From: Eledone cirrhosa
Lineage: Eukaryota
Length of the DNA: 64,000 nt
Direction of reading: 5' to 3'
Assembly: GCA_964016885.1 (NCBI GenBank)
Contig: OZ024745.1
Location: 28,520,001-28,584,000 of the forward strand
Within the stretch, counting starts at the first letter, position 1, and every line of letters starts with the position of its first letter. Shown here piece after piece: positions 49,701-64,000 of the stretch. The notes below the pieces were generated by a model. That model was given only the letters and a program-made list of their open reading frames with translations. It was not told where the DNA came from and ran no database searches. Made by a program: the position numbers and the translations under genes.

Positions 49701-52700
49701 GGCCACGCCGAGACACCATCACTCCCACCCTCACAACCCCCAATACTAGTGGGCCACCCCGAGACACCATCTCTCCCACCCTCACAACCCCCAATACTAG
49801 TGGGACATACCGAGTCACCATCTCTCCCACTTCTCCCACCCTCACAACCCCCATTACTAGTGGGACATACCGAGACACCATCTCTCCAACCCTCACAACC
49901 CCCAATACTAGTGGGACATACCGAGACACCATCTCTCCCACCCTCACAACCCCCAATACTAGTGGGCCACGCTGAGACACCATCTCTCCCACCCTCACAA
50001 CCCCCAATACTAGTGGGACATACCGAGACACTATCTCTCCCACCCTCACAACCCCCAATACTAGTGGGCCACGCCGAGACACCATCTCTCCCACCCTCAC
50101 AACCCCCAATACTAGTGGGCCACGCCGAGACACCATCTCTCCCACCCTCACAATCCCCAATACTAGTGGGACATACCGAGTCACCATCTCTCCCAATTCT
50201 CCCACCCTCACAACCCCCAATACTAGTGGGACATACCGAGACACCATCTCTCCCACCCTCACAACCCCCAATACTAGTGGGCCACGCCGAGACACCATTT
50301 CTCCCACCCTCATAACCCCCAATACTAGTGGGACATACCGAGACACCATCACTCCCACCCTCACAACCCCCAATACTAGTGGGCCACCCCGAGACACCAT
50401 CTCTCCCACCCTCACAACCCCCAATACTAGTGGGACATACCGAGACACCATCTTTCCCGCCCTCACAACCCCCAATACTCAAGTGGGACATACCGAGACA
50501 CCATCTCTCCCACCCTCACAACCCCCAATACTAGTGGGCCACGCCGAGACACCATCTCTCCCACCCTCACAACCCCAATACTAGTGGGCCACGCCGAGAC
50601 ACCATCTCTCCCACCCTCACAACCCCCAATACTAGTGGGCCACACCGAGACACCATCTCTCCCACCCTCACAACCCCCAATACTAGTGGGCCACGCCGAG
50701 ACACCAACTCTCCCACACTCACAACCCCCAATACTAGTAAGCCACGCCGAGACACCATCTCTCCCACCCTCACAACCCCCAATACTAGTGGGCCACCCCG
50801 AGACACCAACTCTCCCACCCTCACAACCCCCAATACTAGTGGGACATACCGAGTCACCATCTCTCCCACTTCTCCCACCCTCACAACCCCCAATACTAGT
50901 GGGACATACCGAGACACCATCTCTCCAACCCTCACAACCCCCAATACTAGTGGGCCACGCCGAGACACCATCTCTCCCACCCTCACAACCCCCAATACTT
51001 CTGGGCCACCCCGAGACACCATCTCTCCCACCCTCACAACCCCCAATGCTAGTGGGACATACAGAGACACCATCATTCCCACCCTCACAACCCCCAATAC
51101 TAGTGGACCACCCCGAGACACCAACTCTCCCACCCTCACAACCCCCAATACTAGTGGGACATACCGATTCACCATCTCTCCCACTTCTCCCACCCTCACA
51201 ACCCCCATTACTAGTGGGACATACCGAGACACCATCTCTCCAACCCTCACAACCCCCAATACTAGTGGGACATACCGAGACACCATCTCTCCCACCCTCA
51301 CAACCCCCAATACTAGTGGGACATACCGAGACACCATCTCTCCCACCCTCACAACCCCCAATACTAGTGGGCCAAGCTGAGACACCATCTCTCCCACCCT
51401 CACAACCCCCAATACTAGTGGGACATACCGAGACACCATCTCTCCCACCCTCACAACCCCCAATACTAGTGGGCCAAGCTGAGACACCATCTCTCCCACC
51501 CTCACAACCCCCAATACTAGTGGGACATACCGAGACACCATCTCTCCCACCCTCACAACCCCCAATGCTAGTGGGATATACCGAGACACCATCTCTCCCA
51601 CCCTCACAACCCTCAATACTAGTGGGCCACCCCGAGACACCATCTATCCCACCCTCACAACCCCCAATGCTAGTGGGATATACCGAGACACCATCACCCC
51701 CACCCTCACAACCCCCAATACTAGTGGGCCACGCCGAGACACCATCTCTCCAACCCTCACAACCCCCAATACTAGTGGGACATACCGAGACACCATCACC
51801 CCCACCCTCACAACCCCCAATACTAGTGGGCCACGCCGAGACACCATCTCTCCCACCCTCACAACCCCCAATACTAGTGGGCCACGCCGAGACACCATCT
51901 CTCCCACCCTCACAACCCCCAATACTAGTGGGACATACCGAGACACCATCACTCCAACCCTCACAACCCCCAATACTAGTGGGACATACCGAGTCACCAT
52001 CTCTCCCACTTCTCCCACCCTCACAACCCCCATTACTAGTGGGAAATACCGAGACACCATCTCTCCAACCCTCACAACCCCCAATACTAGTGGGACATAC
52101 CGAGACACCATCTCTCCCACCCTCACAACCCCCAATACTAGTGGGCCAAGCTGAGACACCATCTCTCCCACCCTCACAACCCCCAATACTAGTGGGACAT
52201 ACCGAGACACCATCTCTCCCACCCTCACAACCCCCAATACTAGTGGGCCACGCCGAGACACCATCTCTCCAACCCTCACAACCCCCAATACTAGTGGGCC
52301 ACGCCGAGACACCATCTCTCCCACCCTCACAACCCCCAATACTAGAGGGCCACGCCGAGACACCATCTCTCCCACCCTCACAACCCCCAATGCTAGTGGG
52401 ACATACCGAGACACCATCACTCCCACCCTCACAACCCCCAATACTAGTGGGCCACGCCGAGACACCATCTCTCCAACCCTCACAACCCCCAATACTAGTG
52501 GGCCACGCCGAGACACCATCTCTCCCACCCTCACAACCCCCAATACTAGTGGGCCACGCCGAGACACCATCTCTCCCACCCTCACAACCCCCAATGCTAG
52601 TGGGACATACCGAGACACCATCGCTCCCACCCTCACAACCCCCAATACTAGTGGGCCACGCCGAGACACCATCTCTCCCACCCTCACAACCCCCAATACT

Positions 52701-55700
52701 AGTGGGCCACCCCGAGACACCATCTCTCCCACCCTCACAACCCCCAATACTAGTGGGACATACCGAGTCACCATCTCTCCCAATTCTCCCACCCTCACAA
52801 CCCCCAATACTAGTGGGCCACGCCGAGACACCATCTCTCCCACCCTCACAACCTCCAATACTAGTGGGCCACGCCGAGACACCATCTCTCCCACCCTCAC
52901 AACCCCAATACTAGTGGGCCACGCCGAGACACCATCTCTCCCACCCTCACAACCCCCAATACTAGTGGGCCACGCCGAGACACCATCTCTCCCACCCTCA
53001 CAACCCCCAATACTAGTGGACCACACCGAGACACCATCTCTCCCACCCTCACAACACCCAATACTAGTGGGCCACGCCGAGACACCAACTCTCCCACACT
53101 CACAACCCCCAATACTAGTGGGCCACGCCGAGACACCATCTCTCCCACCCTCACAACCCCCAATACTAGTGGGCCACCCCGAGACCCCAACTCTCCCACC
53201 CTCACAACCCCCAATACTAGTGGGACATACCGAGTCACCATCTCTCCCACTTCTCCCACCCTCACAACCCCCAATACTAGTGGGACATACCGAGACACCA
53301 TCTCTCCAACCCTCACAACCTCCAATACTAGTGGGCCACGCCGAGACACCATCTCTCCCACCCTCACAACCCCCAATACTAGTGGGCCACGCCGAGACAC
53401 CATCTCTCCCACCCTCACAACCCCCAATACTTCTGGGCCACGCCGAGACACCATCTCTCCCACCCTCACAACCCCCAATACTAGTGGGACATACCGAGAC
53501 ACCATCACTCCCACCCTCACAACCCCCAATACTAGTGGGCCACGCCGAGACACCATCTCTCCCACCCTCACAACCCCAATACTAGTGGGCCACGCCGAGA
53601 CACCATCTCTCCCACCCTCACAACCCCCAATACTAGTGGGCCACGCCGAGACACCATCACTCCCACCCTCACAATCCCCAATACTAGTGGGCCACGCCGA
53701 GACACCATCACTCCCACCCTCACAACCCCCAATACTAGTGGGCCACCCCGAGACACCATCTCTCCCACCCTCACAACCCCCAATACTAGTGGGACATACC
53801 GAGTCACCATCTCTCCCACTTCTCCCACCCTCACAACCCCCATTACTAGTGGGACATACCGAGACACCATCTCTCCAACCCTCACAACCCCCAATACTAG
53901 TGGGACATACCGAGACACCATCTCTCCCACCCTCACAACCCCCAATACTAGTGGGCCAAGCTGAGACACCATCTCTCCCACCCTCACAACCCCAATACTA
54001 GTGGGACATACCGAGACACCATCTCTCCCACCCTCACAACCCCCAATACTAGTGGGCCACGCCGAGACACCATCTCTCCCACCCTCACAACCCCCAATAC
54101 TAGTGGGCCACGCCGAGACACCATCTATCCCACCCTCACAACCCCCAATGCTAGTGGGACATACCGAGACACCATCACTCCCACCCTCACAACCCCCAAT
54201 ACTAGTGGGCCACGCCGAGACACCATCTCTCCCACCCTCACAACCCCCAATACTAGTGGGCCACCCCGAGACACCATCTCTCCCACCCTCACAACCCCCA
54301 ATACTAGTGGGACATACCGAGTCACCATCTCTCCCACTTCTCCCACCCTCACAACCCCCAATACTAGTGGGACATACCGAGACACCATCTCTCCCACCCT
54401 CACAACCCCCAATACTAGTGGGCCACGCCGAGACACCATCTCTCCCACCCTCACAACCCCCAATACTAGTGGGACATACCGAGACACCATCACTCCCACC
54501 CTCACAACCCCCAATACTAGTGGGCCACGCCGAAACACCATCTCTCCCACCCTCACAACCCCCAATACTAGTGGGACATACCGAGACACCATCACTCCCA
54601 CCCTCACAACCCCCAATACTAGTGGGCCACGCCGAGACACCATCTCTCCCACCCTCACAACCCCAATACTAGTGGGCCACGCCGAGACACCATCTCTCCC
54701 ACCCTCACAACCCCCAATACTAGTGGGCCACGCCGAGACACCATCACTCCCACCCTCACAATCCCCAATACTAGTGGGCCACGCCGAGACACCATCACTC
54801 CCACCCTCACAACCCCCAATACTAGTGGGCCACGCCGAGACACCATCTCTCCCACCCTCACAACCCCCAATACTAGTGGGACATACCGAGTCACCATCTC
54901 TCCCACTTCTCCCACCCTCACAACCCCCATTACTAGTGGGACATACCGAGACACCATCTCTCCAACCCTCACAACCCCCAATACTAGTGGGACATACCGA
55001 GACACCATCTCTCCCACCCTCACAACCCCCAATACTAGTGGGCCAAGCTGAGACACCATCTCTCCCACCCTCACAACCCCAATACTAGTGGGACATACCG
55101 AGACACCATCTCTCCCACCCTCACAACCCCCAATACTAGTGGGCCACGCCGAGACACCATCTCTCCCACCCTCACAACCCCCAATACTAGTGGGCGACGC
55201 CGAGACACCATCTATCCCACCCTCACAACCCCCAATGCTAGTGGGACATACCGAGACACCATCACTCCCACCCTCACAACCCCCAATACTAGTGGGCCAC
55301 GCCGAGACACCATCTCTCCCACCCTCACAACCCCCAATACTAGTGGGCCACCCCGAGACACCATCTCTCCCACCCTCACAACCCCCAATACTAGTGGGAC
55401 ATACCGAGTCACCATCTCTCCCACTTCTCCCACCCTCACAACCCCCAATACTAGTGGGACATACCGAGACACCATCTCTCCCACCCTCACAACCCCCAAT
55501 ACTAGTGGGCCACGCCGAGACACCATCTCTCCCACCCTCACAACCCCCAATACTAGTGGGACATACCGAGACACCATCACTCCCACCCTCACAACCCCCA
55601 ATACTAGTGGGCCACGCCGAAACACCATCTCTCCCACCCTCACAACCCCCAATACTAGTGGGACATACCGAGACACCATCACTCCCACCCTCACAACCCC

Positions 55701-58700
55701 CAATACTAGTGGGCCACGCCGAGACACCAACTCTCCCACCCTCACAACCCCCAATACTAGTGGGCCACGCCGAGACACCATCTCTCCCACCCTCACAACC
55801 CTCAATACTAGTGGGCCACCCCGAGACACCATCTCTCCCACCCTCACAACCCCCAATGCTAGTGGGATATACCGAGACACCATCACCCCCACCCTCACAA
55901 CCCCCAATACTAGTGGGCCACGCCGAGACACCATCTCTCCCACCCTCACAACCCCAATACTAGTGGGCCACGCCGAGACACCATCTCTCCCACCCTCACA
56001 ACCCCCAATACTAGTGGGCCACGCCGAGACACCAACTCTCCCACCCTCACAACCCCCAATACTAGTGGGCCACGCCGAGACACCATCTCTCCCACCCTCA
56101 CAACCCCCAATACTAGTGGGCCACGCCGAGACACCAACTCTCCCACACTCACAACCCCCAATACTAGTGGGCCACGCCGAGACACCATCTCTCCCACCCT
56201 CACAACCCCCAATACTAGTGGGCCACCCCGAGACAGCAACTCTCCCACCCTCACAACCCCCAATACTAGTGGGACATACCGAGTCACCATCTCTCCCACT
56301 TCTCCAACCCTCACAACCCCCAATACTAGTGGGCCACGCCGAGACACCATCTTTCCCGCCCTCACAACCCCCAATACTAGTGGGCCACGCCGAGACACCA
56401 TCTCTCCCACCCTCACAACCCCCAATACTAGTGGGACATACCGAGACACCATCTCTCCAACCCTCACAACCCCCAATACTAGTGGGCCACGCCGAGACAC
56501 CATCTCTCCCACCCTCACAACCCCCAATGCTAGTGGGACATACCGAGACACCATCTCTCCCACCCTCACAACCCCCAATACTAGTGGGACATACCGAGAC
56601 ACCATCACTCCCACCCTCACAACCCCCAATACTAGTGGGCCACGCCGAGACACCATCTCTCCCACCCTCACAACCCCAATACTAGTGGGCCACGCCGAGA
56701 CACCATCTCTCCCACCCTCACAACCCCCAATACTAGTGGGCCACGCCGAGACACCATCACTCCCACCCTCACAACCCCCAATACCAGTGGGCCACGCCGA
56801 GACACCATCTCTCCCACCCTCACAACCCCCAATACTAGTGGGCCACGCCGAGACACCATCACTCCCACCCTCACAACCCCCAATACTAGTGGGCCACCCC
56901 GAGACACCATCTCTCCCACCCTCACAACCCCCAATACTAGTGGGACATACCGAGTCACCATCTCTCCCACTTCTCCCACCCTCACAACCCCCATTACTAG
57001 TGGGACATACCGAGACACCATCTCTCCAACCCTCACAACCCCCAATACTAGTGGGACATACCGAGACACCATCTCTCCCACCCTCACAACCCCCAATACT
57101 AGTGGGCCACGCTGAGACACCATCTCTCCCACCCTCACAACCCCCAATACTAGTGGGACATACCGAGACACTATCTCTCCCACCCTCACAACCCCCAATA
57201 CTAGTGGGCCACGCCGAGACACCATCTCTCCCACCCTCACAACCCCCAATACTAGTGGGCCACGCCGAGACACCATCTCTCCCACCCTCACAACCCCCAA
57301 TACTAGTGGGACATACCGAGTCACCATCTCTCCCAATTCTCCCACCCTCACAACCCCCAATACTAGTGGGACATACCGAGACACCATCTCTCCCACCCTC
57401 ACAACCCCCAATACTAGTGGGCCACGCCGAGACACCATCTCTCCCACCCTCATAACCCCCAATACTAGTGGGACATACCGAGACACCATCACTCCCACCC
57501 TCACAACCCCCAATACTAGTGGGCCACCCCGAGACACCATCTCTCCCACCCTCACAACCCCCAATACTAGTGGGACATACCGAGACACCATCTCTCCCGC
57601 CCTCACAACCCCCAATACTCAAGTGGGACATACCGAGACACCATCTCTCCCACCCTCACAACCCCCAATACTAGTGGGCCACGCCGAGACACCATCTCTC
57701 CCACCCTCACAACCTCCAATACTAGTGGGCCACGCCGAGACACCATCTCTCCCACCCTCACAACCCCAATACTAGTGGGCCACGCCGAGACACCATCTCT
57801 CCCACCCTCACAACCCCCAATACTAGTGGGCCACACCGAGACACCATCTCTCCCACCCTCACAACCCCCAATACTAGTGGGCCACGCCGAGACACCAACT
57901 CTCCCACACTCACAACCCCCAATACTAGTGGGCCACGCCGAGACACCATCTCTCCCACCCTCACAACCCCCAATACTAGTGGGCCACCCCGAGACACCAA
58001 CTCTCCCACCCTCACAACCCCCAATACTAGTGGGACATACCGAGTCACCATCTCTCCCACTTCTCCCACCCTCACAACCCCCAATACTAGTGGGACATAC
58101 CGAGACACCATCTCTCCAACCCTCACAACCCCCAATACTAGTGGGCCACGCCGAGACACCATCTCTCCCACCCTCACAACCCCCAATACTTCTGGGCCAC
58201 CCCGAGACACCATCTCTCCCACCCTCACAACCCCCAATGCTAGTGGGACATACAGAGACACCATCATTCCCACCCTCACAACCCCCAATACTAGTGGACC
58301 ACCCCGAGACACCAACTCTCCCACCCTCACAACCCCCAATACTAGTGGGACATACCGATTCACCATCTCTCCCACTTCTCCCACCCTCACAACCCCCATT
58401 ACTAGTGGGACATACCGAGACACCATCTCTCCAACCCTCACAACCCCCAATACTAGTGGGACATACCGAGACACCATCTCTCCCACCCTCACAACCCCCA
58501 ATACTAGTGGGACATACCGAGACACCATCTCTCCCACCCTCACAACCCCCAATACTAGTGGGCCAAGCTGAGACACCATCTCTCCCACCCTCACAACCCC
58601 CAATACTAGTGGGACATACCGAGACACCATCTCTCCCACCCTCACAACCCCCAATACTAGTGGGCCAAGCTGAGACACCATCTCTCCCACCCTCACAACC

Positions 58701-61700
58701 CCCAATACTAGTGGGACATACCGAGACACCATCTCTCCCACCCTCACAACCCCCAATACTAGTGGGCCAAGCTGAGACACCATCTCTCCCACCCTCACAA
58801 CCCCCAATACTAGTGGGACATACCGAGACACCATCTCTCCCACCCTCACAACCCCCAATACTAGTGGGCCAAGCTGAGACACCATCTCTCCCACCCTCAC
58901 AACCCCCAATACTAGTGGGACATACCGAGACACCATCTCTCCCACCCTCACAACCCCCAATACTAGTGGGCCAAGCTGAGACACCATCTCTCCCACCCTC
59001 ACAACCCCCAATACTAGTGGGACATACCGAGACACCATCACTCCCACCCTCACAACCCCCAATACTAGTGGGCCACGCCGAGACACCATCTCTCCCACCC
59101 TCACAACCCCCAATACTAGTGGGCCACGCCGAGACACCATCTCTCCCACCCTCACAACCCCCAATACTAGTGGGACATACCGAGACACCATCACTCCCAC
59201 CCTCACAACCCCCAATACTAGTGGGCCACGCCGAAACACCATCTCTCCCACCCTCACAACCCCCAATACTAGTGGGACATACCGAGACACCATCACTCCC
59301 ACCCTCACAACCCCCAATACTAGTGGGCCACGCCGAGACACCATCTCTCCCACCCTCACAACCCCAATACTAGTGGGCCACGCCGAGACACCATCTCTCC
59401 CACCCTCACAACCCCCAATACTAGTGGGCCACGCCGAGACACCATCACTCCCACCCTCACAATCCCCAATACTAGTGGGCCACGCCGAGACACCATCACT
59501 CCCACCCTCACAACCCCCAATACTAGTGGGCCACGCCGAGACACCATCTCTCCCACCCTCACAACCCCCAATACTAGTGGGACATACCGAGTCACCATCT
59601 CTCCCACTTCTCCCACCCTCACAACCCCCATTACTAGTGGGACATACCGAGACACCATCTCTCCAACCCTCACAACCCCCAATACAAGTGGGACATACCG
59701 AGACACCATCTCTCCCACCCTCACAACCCCCAATACTAGTGGGCCAAGCTGAGACACCATCTCTCCCACCCTCACAACCCCCAATACTAGTGGGACATAC
59801 CGAGACACCATCTCTCCCACCCTCACAACCCCCAATACTAGTGGGCCAAGCTGAGACACCATCTCTCCCACCCTCACAACCCCCAATACTAGTGGGACAT
59901 ACCGAGACACCATCTCTTCCACCCTCACAACCCCCAATACTAGTGGGCCACGCCGAGACACCATCTCTCCCACCCTCACAACCCCCAATACTAGTGGGCG
60001 ACGCCGAGACACCATCTATCCCACCCTCACAACCCCCAATGCTAGTGGGACATACCGAGACACCATCACTCCCACCCTCACAACCCCCAATACTAGTGGG
60101 CCACGCCGAGACACCATCTCTCCCACCCTCACAACCCCCAATACTAGTGGGCCACCCCGAGACACCATCTCTCCCACCCTCACAACCCCCAATACTAGTG
60201 GGACATACCGAGTCACCATCTCTCCCACTTCTCCCACCCTCACAACCCCCAATACTAGTGGGACATACCGAGACACCATCTCTCCCACCCTCACAACCCC
60301 CAATACTAGTGGGCCACGCCGAGACACCATCTCTCCCACCCTCACAACCCCCAATACTAGTGGGACATACCGAGACACCATCACTCCCACCCTCACAACC
60401 CCCAATACTAGTGGGCCACGCCGAAACACCATCTCTCCCACCCTCACAACCCCCAATACTAGTGGGACATACCGAGACACCATCACTCCCACCCTCACAA
60501 CCCCCAATACTAGTGGGCCACGCCGAGACACCAACTCTCCCACCCTCACAACCCCCAATACTAGTGGGCCACGCCGAGACACCATCTCTCCCACCCTCAC
60601 AACCCTCAATACTAGTGGGCCACCCCGAGACACCATCTCTCCCACCCTCACAACCCCCAATGCTAGTGGGATATACCGAGACACCATCACCCCCACCCTC
60701 ACAACCCCCAATACTAGTGGGCCACGCCGAGACACCATCTCTCCCACCCTCACAACCCCAATACTAGTGGGCCACGCCGAGACACCATCTCTGCCACCCT
60801 CACAACCCCCAATACTAGTGGGCCACGCCGAGACACCAACTCTCCCACCCTCACAACCCCCAATACTAGTGGGCCACGCCGAGACACCATCTCTCCCACC
60901 CTCACAACCCCCAATACTAGTGGGCCACGCCGAGACACCAACTCTCCCACACTCACAACCCCCAATACTAGTGGGCCACGCCGAGACACCATCTCTCCCA
61001 CCCTCACAACCCCCAATACTAGTGGGCCACCCCGAGACAGCAACTCTCCCACCCTCACAACCCCCAATACTAGTGGGACATACCGAGTCACCATCTCTCC
61101 CACTTCTCCAACCCTCACAACCCCCAATAATAGTGGGCCACGCCGAGACACCATCTTTCCCGCCCTCACAACCCCCAATACTAGTGGGCCACGCCGAGAC
61201 ACCATCTCTCCCACCCTCACAACCCCCAATACTAGTGGGACATACCGAGACACCATCACTCCCACCCTCACAACCCCCAATACTAGTGGGCCACGCCGAG
61301 ACACCATCTCTCCCACCCTCACAACCCCAATACTAGTGGGCCACGCCGAGACACCATCTCTCCCACCCTCACAACCCCCAATACTAGTGGGCCACGCCGA
61401 GACACCATCACTCCCACCCTCACAACCCCCAATACCAGTGGGCCACGCCGAGACACCATCTCTCCCACCCTCACAACCCCCAATACTAGTGGGCCACGCC
61501 GAGACACCATCACTCCCACCCTCACAACCCCCAATACTAGTGGGCCACCCCGAGACACCATCTCTCCCACCCTCACAACCCCCAATACTAGTGGGACATA
61601 CCGAGTCACCATCTCTCCCACTTCTCCCACCCTCACAACCCCCATTACTAGTGGGACATACCGAGACACCATCTCTCCAACCCTCACAACCCCCAATACT

Positions 61701-64000
61701 AGTGGGACATACCGAGACACCATCTCTCCCACCCTCACAACCCCCAATACTAGTGGGCCACGCTGAGACACCATCTCTCCCACCCTCACAACCCCCAATA
61801 CTAGTGGGACATACCGAGACACTATCTCTCCCACCCTCACAACCCCCAATACTAGTGGGCCACGCCGAGACACCATCTCTCCCACCCTCACAACCCCCAA
61901 TACTAGTGGGCCACGCCGAGACACCATCTCTCCCACCCTCACAACCCCCAATACTAGTGGGACATACCGAGTCACCATCTCTCCCAATTCTCCCACCCTC
62001 ACAACCCCCAATACTAGTGGGACATACCGAGACACCATCTCTCCCACCCTCACAACCCCCAATACTAGTGGGCCACGCCGAGACACCATCTCTCCCACCC
62101 TCATAACCCCCAATACTAGTGGGACATACCGAGACACCATCACTCCCACCCTCACAACCCCCAATACTAGTGGGCCACCCCGAGACACCATCTCTCCCAC
62201 CCTCACAACCCCCAATACTAGTGGGACATACCGAGACACCATCTCTCCCGCCCTCACAACCCCCAATACTCAAGTGGGACATACCGAGACACCATCTCTC
62301 CCACCCTCACAACCCCCAATACTAGTGGGCCACGCCGAGACACCATCTCTCCCACCCTCACAACCTCCAATACTAGTGGGCCACGCCGAGACACCATCTC
62401 TCCCACCCTCACAACCCCAATACTAGTGGGCCACGCCGAGACACCATCTCTCCCACCCTCACAACCCCCAATACTAGTGGGCCACACCGAGACACCATCT
62501 CTCCCACCCTCACAACCCCCAATACTAGTGGGCCACGCCGAGACACCAACTCTCCCACACTCACAACCCCCAATACTAGTGGGCCACGCCGAGACACCAT
62601 CTCTCCCACCCTCACAACCCCCAATACTAGTGGGCCACCCCGAGACACCAACTCTCCCACCCTCACAACCACCAATACTAGTGGGACATACCGAGTCACC
62701 ATCTCTCCCACTTCTCCCACCCTCACAACCCCCAATACTAGTGGGACATACCGAGACACCATCTCTCCAACCCTCACAACCCCCAATACTAGTGGGCCAC
62801 GCCGAGACACCATCTCTCCCACCCTCACAACCCCCAATACTTCTGGGCCACCCCGAGACACCATCTCTCCCACCCTCACAACCCCCAATGCTAGTGGGAC
62901 ATACAGAGACACCATCATTCCCACCCTCACAACCCCCAATACTAGTGGACCACCCCGAGACACCAACTCTCCCACCCTCACAACCCCCAATACTAGTGGG
63001 ACATACCGATTCACCATCTCTCCCACTTCTCCCACCCTCACAACCCCCATTACTAGTGGGACATACCGAGACACCATCTCTCCAACCCTCACAACCCCCA
63101 ATACTAGTGGGACATACCGAGACACCATCTCTCCCACCCTCACAACCCCCAATACTAGTGGGACATACCGAGGCACCATCTCTCCCACCCTCACAACCCC
63201 CAATACTAGTGGGCCAAGCTGAGACACCATCTCTCCCACCCTCACAACCCCCAATACTAGTGGGACATACCGAGACACCATCTCTCCCACCCTCACAACC
63301 CCCAATACTAGTGGGCCAAGCTGAGACACCATCTCTCCCACCCTCACAACCCCCAATACTAGTGGGACATACCGAGACACCATCTCTCCCACCCTCACAA
63401 CCCCCAATACTAGTGGGCCAAGCTGAGACACCATCTCTCCCACCCTCACAACCCCCAATACTAGTGGGACATACCGAGACACCATCTCTCCCACCCTCAC
63501 AACCCCCAATACTAGTGGGCCAAGCTGAGACACCATCTCTCCCACCCTCACAACCCCCAATACTAGTGGGACATACCGAGACACCATCTCTCCCACCCTC
63601 ACAACCCCCAATACTAGTGGGCCAAGCTGAGACACCATCTCTCCCACCCTCACAACCCCCAATACTAGTGGGACATACCGAGACACCATCACTCCCACCC
63701 TCACAACCCCCAATACTAGTGGGCCACGCCGAGACACCATCTCTCCCACCCTCACAACCCCCAATACTAGTGGGCCACCCCGAGACACCATCTCTCCCAC
63801 CCTCACAACCCCCAATACTAGTGGGACATACCGAGTCACCATCTCTCCCACTTCTCCCACCCTCACAACCCCCAATACTAGTGGGACATACCGAGACACC
63901 ATCTCTCCCACCCTCTCAACCCCCAATACTAGTGGGACATACCGAGACACCATCTCTCCCACCCCCACAACCCCCAATACTAGTGGGACATACCGAGACA
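40771..64000. repeat. 51-bp tandem array (about 450 units, >23 kb, continues beyond the window) with higher-order repeats
   Basis: Unit aatactagtgggccacgccgagacaccatctctcccaccctcacaaccccc, with gacatacc, ccaagctg and ccaccccg variants and 60-, 50- and 52-bp length variants. Confidence 0.98.

Noticed and set aside
40758-63977. Long minus-strand ORFs (MVSRRGPLVLGVVRVGE)n
   Set aside because: A by-product of a stop-free repeat unit; common variants are non-synonymous in this frame.
40771-64000. CRISPR-like array
   Set aside because: Units are contiguous with no unique spacers, the context is eukaryotic and there are no cas genes. The same applies to the 41-bp and 17-bp arrays.

Overview
Repeat-dense eukaryotic (animal) genomic DNA with no recognisable host protein-coding gene. 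The SINE types and the extreme (TA)n/(CA)n/(TACA)n load resemble an octopus/cephalopod genome, which is an inference. Positions 1-40.7 kb are a mosaic of microsatellites, minisatellites (41, 17 and 11 bp units) and mobile elements. These include a full-length two-ORF Tx1/L1-clade LINE (minus strand) lying tail-to-tail with a 5'-truncated relative that has a 16-bp TSD; both sit in (TATC)n. Also present are Penelope-like GIY-YIG fragments with an inverted terminal repeat, CRE-, R4/Dong- and RTE-like fragments, tRNA-type SINEs and hAT-type MITEs. About seven minimal hammerhead ribozyme motifs (one fully canonical) occur, many inside fold-back hairpins inserted in (TA)n. Positions 40,771-64,000 (running off the window) are a 51-bp tandem array of about 450 units with higher-order structure. 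Its unit reads as an open 17-codon Pro/Ser/Thr-rich repeat whose common variants are frequently synonymous. All alignments and folds were done by eye.
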